A DNA stretch of 34,337 nucleotides, taken from the NCBI GenBank assembly GCA_964348775.1, contig CAYGDR010000001.1:1-34337 (forward strand). The letters are read 5' to 3'. Position numbers and translations under genes: made by a program. This document shows positions 18,189-24,393 of the stretch, one piece after another. The notes under the pieces are model-generated. The model saw nothing but the letters and a program-made list of their open reading frames with translations. It had not been told where the DNA came from and did not search any database. This stretch comes from an uncultured Candidatus Saccharibacteria bacterium. GTDB lineage: Bacteria > Patescibacteriota > Minisyncoccia > Phycocordibacterales > UBA9973. The first letter of the stretch is position 1. The number at the start of each line of letters is the position of its first letter.

Positions 18189-18656
18189 TTAATTTACGCT
18201 GGCAGCTCCGGTCGAAGAGATGGTTATAGTTTTTGAGTAAGAAGAGGTGGAGATAATTATAGTGCCAGTCTTCGATGGCACTCCGTAAATCCTGCTGAAA
18301 TATAAATTGCCGGAAGTCCCGCTCACGCCTCCCAAAGTAACATTGGTGATTGACGCAGGCGCCACAATATCTATCTCTGTATTGCTGCCTGCTCCTGCGG
18401 AATATGCCGTGCCTGTAAAAATTATAACTTTATCGGATTGGAAATGCACTCCGTATTCTGAAGAATTTACCGAAGCCAGAGTGTCTCCGCGGGATTTGTT
18501 TATGGCAGAAAGCGCGTCGCTGTAAGCCGCCTTTAACACCTGTCTTTCTTTCAAGCTTGAAAACTGGGGAAGCACTACCATGACCAAAATTCCCAAAACC
18601 GCAAATGTCACGAGCACCTCAATCGGCGTAATTCCTTTGTTGTAGATACTTCTCAC
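18189..18656 (-). CDS. Type IV pilin (prepilin-type N-terminal cleavage/methylation domain)
   Basis: 155 aa, GTG start. Leader MRSIYNKG/ITPIEVLVTFAVLGILVMVV with Glu at +5. It starts 15 nt after the RT stop codon. Confidence 0.75.
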   Translation of the reverse strand: MRSIYNKGITPIEVLVTFAVLGILVMVVLPQFSSLKERQVLKAAYSDALSAINKSRGDTLASVNSSEYGVHFQSDKVIIFTGTAYSAGAGSNTEIDIVAPASITNVTLGGVSGTSGNLYFSRIYGVPSKTGTIIISTSSYSKTITISSTGAASVN

Positions 18657-18671
18657 ACGATAATCATATCA

Positions 18672-19673
18672 CTAAACCTTTTCGATCTCTATTGATTTTT
18701 TCAGTTTGAAACTGTTTCCGTGTGAAATTAGTCCAAAATATGACTGTACTGTCTCCGGCTTCGGGTTATCCCTTAGAATTTTCAACATCCTCCTCTTTGT
18801 ACTGGTTCGGAGCACTCTATACCTCGGAAAATGCACCCAGCCAAGAAAATCCACTCCGGAAGCAAAAGTTTTGATGAAAACCTTGTCTGGATGCAATTCT
18901 AGTTTCAATTTTTCTTTCAGAAACTGGGCGATATATCGCCTATATTCAGATAATTCTTTTTTGTTGGCGCTCAAGATCACGAAGTCATCTGCGTAGCGGA
19001 TATAGTACTTCACTTTCAGTTCCCTTTTTATAAATTGATCAAATTCATTCATATACACATTCACCAAAAGCTGAGAGGTTAGATTCCCGAGCGGTAAACC
19101 CTTCGACCCGGAGGCGTCGCCTCCGGGTTTTGACGAGAAACTATCAATTACCTGACCCAAAAGCCAGAGAATGTCTGTGTCAAGGATGCCCTTTGACAGG
19201 ATAGATTTTAGGATATCGTGGTCGATATTGGCGAAGAATTTCTTGATGTCGCATTTGAGAACATGGCAGGTGCGGGTGTTGTTCTTGGAAACTTTGCGGA
19301 AGAAATATCTGAAACGATCCATGGCTTTATGAGTGCCTTTGTTTATCCGGCAGGAGTATGAGTCATGGACGAACTTTTTATCAAAGTATGGGTAGAGTGC
19401 TTTATAGAGGAGATGATGTACTACTCTGTCTCTTACTGTGGCCTTATGGATGTTTCTGGGCTTGGGGTCGGAGATGTTGAAAGCTGTATAATCGCCGTGT
19501 TGGTAAGTTTTGTTTTTTAGATCGTCGAGAAGTTTGAATATATTGTCAGCCAGCTTGGCTTGAAACAAGATAATATCTTTTTTGTGTTTCTTGTCGCGCA
19601 AAAATTCTTGCCAGGCTTGGAGAAGTTTTTCTGTGGTTATGATACTATCGTAGGTATGAATAAACCTTTTCAT
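18672..19673 (-). CDS. DGR-type reverse transcriptase
   Basis: 333 aa. RT motifs include LPLGNLTSQLLVNVY (the GxxxSQ motif characteristic of DGR RTs) and IRYADDFVI (YADD). Its compact size, with no maturase, endonuclease or RNase H extension, also fits. It is adjacent to the TR. Confidence 0.9.
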   Translation of the reverse strand: MKRFIHTYDSIITTEKLLQAWQEFLRDKKHKKDIILFQAKLADNIFKLLDDLKNKTYQHGDYTAFNISDPKPRNIHKATVRDRVVHHLLYKALYPYFDKKFVHDSYSCRINKGTHKAMDRFRYFFRKVSKNNTRTCHVLKCDIKKFFANIDHDILKSILSKGILDTDILWLLGQVIDSFSSKPGGDASGSKGLPLGNLTSQLLVNVYMNEFDQFIKRELKVKYYIRYADDFVILSANKKELSEYRRYIAQFLKEKLKLELHPDKVFIKTFASGVDFLGWVHFPRYRVLRTSTKRRMLKILRDNPKPETVQSYFGLISHGNSFKLKKSIEIEKV

Positions 19674-20052
19674 AATTCTGGGACCCCCCCCCGCAGCGCC
19701 CTCGGCGCTTTTAAAAGCAAAAACGGCCTACTCTCTTTGGTTTAAAGTATACAATGACTTCCCCAAGGCGCACCGTTATATTCTGGGCGGAAAAATCGAA
19801 GATTATTTTCTCGGACTTTTAGAAAATATATTTATTTCAATATATCTTCCGCCGGAAACCAAAATACATCGCTTAATCGTAGCAATTTCCAAGCTCGATG
19901 GGATAAAGTTTTTCTTGCAAATAGCCTGGGAAAACAAGTGTGTTAGGGATATTAAATATTCGGAACTCTCCGAACAACTTCGGGAGATCGGCCGGATGCT
20001 CGGCGGCTGGAAAAAGGGGCTTGAAAAGAGTTTCGAAAAGAAAACTCCCTAG
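19660..20052 (+). CDS. Avd-like four-helix-bundle accessory protein (23S rRNA IVS protein family), opposite strand to the RT; no canonical start in frame
   Basis: The frame is open from 19660 to the TAG at 20050..20052. It translates as ...AYSLWFKVYNDFPKAHRYILGGKIEDYFLGLLENIFISIYLPPETK...KLDGIKFFLQIAWENKCVRDIKYSELSEQLREIGRMLGGWKKGLEKSFEKKTP, the pattern of CPR four-helix-bundle/Avd-family proteins as I recall it. There is no ATG, GTG or TTG before the last about 45 codons. Deleting one C from the C9 tract (19684..19692) would fuse the frame to the ATG at 19656. Confidence 0.6.
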   Translation: MNLFIILGPPPAAPSALLKAKTAYSLWFKVYNDFPKAHRYILGGKIEDYFLGLLENIFISIYLPPETKIHRLIVAISKLDGIKFFLQIAWENKCVRDIKYSELSEQLREIGRMLGGWKKGLEKSFEKKTP

Positions 20053-20066
20053 GTATGCGCTAGGGA
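20046..20066 (-). terminator. Hairpin plus U-run immediately 3' of the TR (minus strand)
   Basis: TCCCTAG-N7-CTAGGGA, followed on the minus strand by GTTTTCTTTTCG. It lies 15 nt downstream of the TR 3' end and overlaps the Avd-like stop codon on the plus strand. Confidence 0.45.
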
Positions 20067-20081
20067 GAAACATTTGAGTTT

Positions 20082-20198
20082 CGGGAGACTACATGATGCT
20101 CGTAGTCGGCGTTCCAAGTGTTGTCGTTCGAGACCGAGTTCCGGTTCACATTGAGCTGACCGTTGTCATCGAAGTTCACATTGGCAACGAAGAATTGT
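20082..20198 (-). repeat. DGR template repeat (TR)
   Basis: It aligns without gaps to 20539..20655 (offset 457 nt). In the 112-bp core, 17 of the 18 differences are positions where this copy has A on the minus strand. In the VR reading frame it carries 7 AAC and 2 AAT codons. Confidence 0.9.
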
Positions 20199-20500
20199 AC
20201 GGTGAGCCATCTACCTCACTGCCCGCCTTACCTGCAAGTTTAAAGACTGCAAAAGAGACAAAGCTGTATATTATTCGAGGCCTAAAAGCCTACCAGCGCA
20301 CCGCACCAACTTTTATGTTTTTTGTTTTAAAAAAGAATCCACTCTCCTCCAAGCCATAGCCGGGAGAATTCTCAAATTAATTTTTAAGCAATCATGGCTC
20401 GAAGTTTTTGTCCGCGAGCATTTCCAAATTGCATATTTAGTATATCAAAAAGAAAGACCCCCAGCCCAGTGACAAAGTGTCAAAGGATCCGAGGGCCCAA

Positions 20501-20515
20501 ACCCGCCTTGCGGGT
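20501..20515 (-). promoter_or_regulatory. GC-rich hairpin just downstream of the VR and target stop (candidate DGR target-recognition hairpin or terminator)
   Basis: The minus strand has ACCCGC-AAG-GCGGGT, about 23 nt past the VR 3' end and 13 nt past the stop codon. Confidence 0.45.
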
Positions 20516-20528
20516 AAAAGATAAAAAA

Positions 20529-21164
20529 CTACTGTTGCCGGGAGACTACACGATGCCCGAAGCCGGCGTACCAAGTGTAGTCGAACGAGACCGAGTCCCG
20601 GTACACGCTGAGCTGACCGCGGCCATCGAAGTACACAACGGCAACGAAGACATTGGAGAGGTCTTCGAGGACCGCTTCGCCGTCGGTGGTGCAGACGAAG
20701 AAGGTGGCGTAGCCGCCCTTGCGGAGTTTGCCTTTGTGATCGACGCAGAACTTGATGCCCTGCTCCCACTGGAGGCGCCGAGCTTCGAGCTCAGAGGCAG
20801 TCTTGCCGAGGAAATCGGCAAACTTGCCATTCACCACCAGCTTGTCCACCCGCGTCTTCGTCTTCGACGCCGGCTTGGACTTCACGCCGAGGAGCGCAGG
20901 GTCGTAGCCACCGGAGAACACCCGCTTGGCATCGTCGTCGGTAGTGGTGGCGTCGGTGGGGTCGATCTCCACACCCTCGAAGAGCGGCTCGAGGTAGACC
21001 TTCGGCTCGGGCGGAACTTCCGGCGCGGACTTCGGCTGTGTTCTCGTCAGCACCCATTCATCCCCCAAGTACTCTTGCGCGATGTCCGGCCCGCCCATCT
21101 TGTTGACAACCGCCGTCATGTCGACGCCGCCGATCAAAACCGTGTAATCGTATTTCTGAGCCAT
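20529..21164 (-). CDS. DGR target (variable) protein with C-terminal VR
   Basis: 211 aa, preceded by a strong SD (GGAGGTGAAAAATG). The C-terminal ...NVFVAVVYFDGRGQLSVYRDSVSFDYTWYAGFGHRVVSRQQ is encoded by the VR, and its ending resembles the GFR-type terminus of C-type-lectin-fold DGR targets. GC is about 60-67% in hand-counted lines. I see no obvious signal peptide. Confidence 0.85.
   Translation of the reverse strand: MAQKYDYTVLIGGVDMTAVVNKMGGPDIAQEYLGDEWVLTRTQPKSAPEVPPEPKVYLEPLFEGVEIDPTDATTTDDDAKRVFSGGYDPALLGVKSKPASKTKTRVDKLVVNGKFADFLGKTASELEARRLQWEQGIKFCVDHKGKLRKGGYATFFVCTTDGEAVLEDLSNVFVAVVYFDGRGQLSVYRDSVSFDYTWYAGFGHRVVSRQQ
20539..20655 (-). repeat. DGR variable repeat (VR)
   Basis: This is the counterpart of the TR. 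TR AAC/AAT codons appear here as GTT, TAC, CGC, AGC, TAC, GAC, TTC, TAC and TAC. The VR ends 7 nt before the target stop codon. Confidence 0.9.
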
Positions 21165-21259
21165 TTTTCACCTCCGACTTATAGTCGGCACTTTTCGCAT
21201 ACCATATAGGCAGCGCGCCGCGAAATGCGGCATTTCAAAGACCACGAGTATTCTTATAT

Positions 21260-21288
21260 ATTATACACTTTCTAAGCAAAAAAGTCAA
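21260..21288 (-). promoter_or_regulatory. Near-consensus sigma70 promoter for the DGR target gene, inside the 3' end of pilC
   Basis: Minus strand: TTGACT (21283..21288), a 17-nt spacer, then TATAAT (21260..21265). An approximately 88-nt leader follows, containing small GC hairpins and the SD. Confidence 0.65.
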
Positions 21289-22513
21289 TAAATTGCAAGT
21301 AGCCGATGTTGCCAAGTATCGAATAAAGCGGAGAGATCATGGATATCGCAAAAAAGCCTACTCCTCCGCCAATCACCACCATAAGGAGAGGCTCAATGAT
21401 GGTGGAGAGGTTTTTGGTTTTATTTTCAATCTCTTCCTCGTAAAATATAGCGATGTCTAGAAGCATATCGGAAAGCTTGCCGGTTTCTTCGCCCACCTGG
21501 ATCATTTCTGACATCATCACCGGATAAAGTTTCTGGTTTTCCTGAAAAGTCTGATAGAAAGGCGAGCCTTTTTCTATTGCAGTCTTTGTGGCTTCTAGCA
21601 CTCGGCGATAATATATATTCTGCACCACATCTTCGGTGATCTCGACCGCTCTAGTAATAGAAACCCCCGAGAGAAGAAGCGAAGATAGCGTCCTTGCCGT
21701 ACGAGCGGTATTTAATTCCCTGTCCAAAGTGCCGATAACAGGCATCCGGATAACCAGGTAGTCTATGTACTTGGAAAGAATTTTAGATCGGATAAGCGCA
21801 AAGATCGCGACAAAAGCGGAAATAACTATTAGAAATGTAAGGATTAGGTGATTGGAAAAGAAATTGCCCATCCAAATGAGCACCCTGGTCGAAGTCGGAA
21901 GCACTACCCCAAGCTCTTTGAATGTGCCGGCAAGCGTGGGCACAACAAAAGCAAACATGAGTATGCCGATAATGAGCATGGCAGACATTATCACTCCTGG
22001 GTAAATCAGGGCTCCGCCTATTTTTTTGTTTAGGGCATGGGCTTTTTCTAAATTCGCGCCGATTTCGCCAAGGGCGTTCGACAAATTTCCTGACTCCTCT
22101 CCGGCGCGGGTCATGGAAACAAAAAGGCTGGAAAAGACATCAGGGAATTTTGCCAGGCCGGAAGAAAGCGTGCCTCCTTGGTTTATGTCATTTCCCAAGG
22201 AAATTAGAATTTTTTTGAAAGCCTGGTTCTTGGTCTGCTTTTCAAGCACCGAAAGCGCTCGCGCGAGAGAAAGGCCGGCGCGGAGCATTCCGCCCAAGTT
22301 CTTTGTAAAAATTATCTGCTCGGCTGCACTTACCCTGCCGAAAAACCTTTCAAAAAAAGCTGTAAAGTTGAAACCCTCCGTCTTTTCGTTCACGGATATC
22401 GGAGTATTGCCTTTGGCCCTTAAGTCTTTAGAAAGGGCAAATCGGTCCGGGGCCTCGAGCACTCCTTCTATCACTTCCCCTGTCTTTGTTTTTGCTTTAT
22501 ATTTGAATAGCAT
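21272..22513 (-). CDS. pilC: Type IV pilus assembly platform protein PilC (GspF family)
   Basis: 413 aa. Two GspF-type repeats with three TM segments, and typical LSxGxxLxxAL blocks. Confidence 0.9.
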   Translation of the reverse strand: MLFKYKAKTKTGEVIEGVLEAPDRFALSKDLRAKGNTPISVNEKTEGFNFTAFFERFFGRVSAAEQIIFTKNLGGMLRAGLSLARALSVLEKQTKNQAFKKILISLGNDINQGGTLSSGLAKFPDVFSSLFVSMTRAGEESGNLSNALGEIGANLEKAHALNKKIGGALIYPGVIMSAMLIIGILMFAFVVPTLAGTFKELGVVLPTSTRVLIWMGNFFSNHLILTFLIVISAFVAIFALIRSKILSKYIDYLVIRMPVIGTLDRELNTARTARTLSSLLLSGVSITRAVEITEDVVQNIYYRRVLEATKTAIEKGSPFYQTFQENQKLYPVMMSEMIQVGEETGKLSDMLLDIAIFYEEEIENKTKNLSTIIEPLLMVVIGGGVGFFAISMISPLYSILGNIGYLQFIDFFA

Positions 22514-22580
22514 CCCGGTACTAAAATTTTAAACTTTTATTTATAGTGGTCATTTTTTGTAATCAAAAATTTAGTACGGG
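22514..22580. repeat. Imperfect inverted repeat spanning the pilB-pilC spacer
   Basis: CCCGGTACTAAAATTTT (22514..22530) pairs with AAAAATTTAGTACGGG (22565..22580), with two single-base bulges. The element begins at the base after the pilC start codon position and ends 6 nt before the pilB stop. Confidence 0.6.
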
Positions 22581-22586
22581 ACAGAT

Positions 22587-24326
22587 CTATTCAGAAACCA
22601 CCCTAAATACTTCCTCCAAGGTGGTCACGCCCAAAACCGCCTGAAATACTCCGTCTTCGATCATAGTCATCATGCCTTCTTTCTTTGCCTGCGCCTCTAT
22701 TTCATCCTGGGAGCTGCCGTGAACCACCATTTCCTTTATGGCCGCGCTCATTTTAAGCACTTCGTGTATGCCTGTACGGCCGGAGTAGCCGTCTTCGGAC
22801 TCAGGGCTTGGTTTTGCTTTTTGGAAAGGAACTTTGTCCCAGGAAATGCTTGGGTCGATAATATTTTCTTTTTTCAGCATCTCGAGCGTGCGATCGAGGT
22901 CTACAATCTTTGCTAGGTTTTTAACTTCGTCGTCTGACAGAAAATATTCTTCTTTGCTCGGGCTTAATTTTCTGACCAACCTTTGTGCCATGATTATTTT
23001 TACAGTGGAAATGATAAGAAAAGGCTCCACTCCCATGTCGATAAGCCTAGGGATGGCTCCGGCGGCAGAATTGGTGTGGATAGTAGACAGAACCAAATGG
23101 CCCGTAAGCGAAGCGTTGATAGCAAGGCCCGCAGTCTCCACATCTCTTATCTCGCCCACCATCACAATATCCGGGTCTTGCCGGAGAAGAGACCGCAAGC
23201 CATTTGCAAATGTGAGCCCGATCTCCGGCTTTACTTGGGTCTGGTTCACTCTTGGCATCTGGTATTCAATAGGGTCTTCTACTGTCGAGATATTTACCTC
23301 CGGCTTATTCAAAATATCAAGCATTGTGTAAAGCGTAGTGGTCTTCCCAGAGCCTGTGGGCCCGGTTGCCAGCACCATGCCCGTTTTTAATTTGAGCGAT
23401 GCATATATCCTCTCCAAACTCTCTCCATGAAAGCCTAAAGTTTCAAGAGTATAGCCATGAGTGTTTTCTTTCAAAATTCTGATCACCGTCTTTTCGCCGA
23501 AAAAAGTGGGCAGAGTAGAAACACGGAAAGAAATCTTTTCGCCGTTCTGGTCTATCTTAAATCTGCCGTCTTGCGGAAGGCGCTTTTCGTCAAGCTTTAA
23601 GTTCGAAAGGACTTTGATGCGGGCAGTAATCCCGGATCCTGCGCTTTTATCAAGAACCATTGCATCATGCAGTATGCCATCAATGCGGTATCTCACTGTC
23701 AGATCTTTTTCGCCTGGTTCAATGTGTATATCAGAAGCATTTTGGAGTATCGCGTGAAAAATGAGCGAGTCCACTATCTTTACCACCGGCAAGTCTTCTG
23801 CCAGCTCTTTGTCAGACTTATCGCTGTCTCCCTTGCTAGAATCCCGCATCGAGTCGGATTCTTTTTGGATGATGTTGCCGAATTCTGCCTGGAGACTCTT
23901 TCGATACTGCACCAGCATGGACCGGATGGAAGCTTCGTCCGTCAGGCGAGGCAGAATTTTCATGCCGGAGCGCTTCTTTATAAAGTCTATAACCGGAAGA
24001 TCTTCCACATCAAGCATGGCCACTTCCAAGCCCAGCTGGCTTTTTTTGTAGGCAATAATATTGTAGTTTCTGGCAATCGGCTCGGGCACCAGAGAGAGCA
24101 CGGAAAAATCTATTTTTTGATTTTCGAGACTGACAAAAGGAATGCCTAGCGCAAAAGCCTCCATCCTCCGAAGGTCGGATTCAGAAATACTCCCGGAAGA
24201 CAAGAGAATGTCTCCGACTTTTTGATTTTTCTCTTCCGCTTTTTTCTTGGCGTCTTCAAACTGCTCCCTGGTTACAAGTTTTGAATCTAAAATAATCTTT
24301 TGGAACTCTGTCTCATCTATCTGCAT
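22587..24326 (-). CDS. pilB: Type IV pilus assembly ATPase PilB (GspE family)
   Basis: 579 aa. T2SSE N-terminal domain, Walker A GPTGSGKTTT, Asp box, Walker B and His box (LVLSTIHTN). Confidence 0.93.
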   Translation of the reverse strand: MQIDETEFQKIILDSKLVTREQFEDAKKKAEEKNQKVGDILLSSGSISESDLRRMEAFALGIPFVSLENQKIDFSVLSLVPEPIARNYNIIAYKKSQLGLEVAMLDVEDLPVIDFIKKRSGMKILPRLTDEASIRSMLVQYRKSLQAEFGNIIQKESDSMRDSSKGDSDKSDKELAEDLPVVKIVDSLIFHAILQNASDIHIEPGEKDLTVRYRIDGILHDAMVLDKSAGSGITARIKVLSNLKLDEKRLPQDGRFKIDQNGEKISFRVSTLPTFFGEKTVIRILKENTHGYTLETLGFHGESLERIYASLKLKTGMVLATGPTGSGKTTTLYTMLDILNKPEVNISTVEDPIEYQMPRVNQTQVKPEIGLTFANGLRSLLRQDPDIVMVGEIRDVETAGLAINASLTGHLVLSTIHTNSAAGAIPRLIDMGVEPFLIISTVKIIMAQRLVRKLSPSKEEYFLSDDEVKNLAKIVDLDRTLEMLKKENIIDPSISWDKVPFQKAKPSPESEDGYSGRTGIHEVLKMSAAIKEMVVHGSSQDEIEAQAKKEGMMTMIEDGVFQAVLGVTTLEEVFRVVSE

Positions 24327-24334
24327 TATTTACA

Positions 24335-24383
24335 GTATACCCCCACACTTATATTTAAACAAAATATAAGTGTGGGGGTATAC
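24335..24383. repeat. Perfect 20-bp inverted repeat with a 9-nt loop, just upstream of pilB
   Basis: GTATACCCCCACACTTATAT (24335..24354), loop TTAAACAAA, then ATATAAGTGTGGGGGTATAC (24364..24383). It lies between the stop of the 24394..25563 gene and the pilB ATG. Confidence 0.85.
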
Positions 24384-24393
24384 AAAGAGAGAG

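Larger units (their letters stand above)
18672..21288 (-). mobile_element. Diversity-generating retroelement (DGR) cassette: promoter, target gene with VR, TR, antisense Avd-like ORF, RT
   Basis: See the component features. The TR/VR pair shows adenine-specific mismatches, next to a DGR-type RT and a four-helix-bundle accessory ORF. Confidence 0.9.

Noticed and set aside
15675-18656. Additional DGR variable repeats in the pilin or PilX-like genes (remote VRs).
   Set aside because: I saw no TR-like segment by eye in these genes or elsewhere in the window. A computational TR search would be needed to exclude divergent copies.
18672-19673. The RT as a retron, group II intron or Abi-type defence RT.
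   Set aside because: There is no maturase (X) or endonuclease domain, I noticed no intron domain V/VI-like structure, and there is no msr/msd-like inverted repeat pair next to the RT. The GNLTSQ motif plus a bona fide TR/VR pair points to a DGR.
19873-20073. A 66-aa minus-strand ORF between the TR and RT, as a possible same-strand Avd.
   Set aside because: It has no four-helix-bundle features. The opposite strand in this interval encodes a clearly Avd/IVS-family-like sequence, so this ORF is its antisense shadow.
20394-21209. A 271-aa plus-strand ORF and several 88-110-aa alternative-frame minus ORFs across the DGR target region.
   Set aside because: These are shadow ORFs produced by the high GC of the target gene. 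The adenine-specific TR/VR asymmetry, the AAC-codon frame and a strong SD all support the minus-strand 20529..21164 frame.
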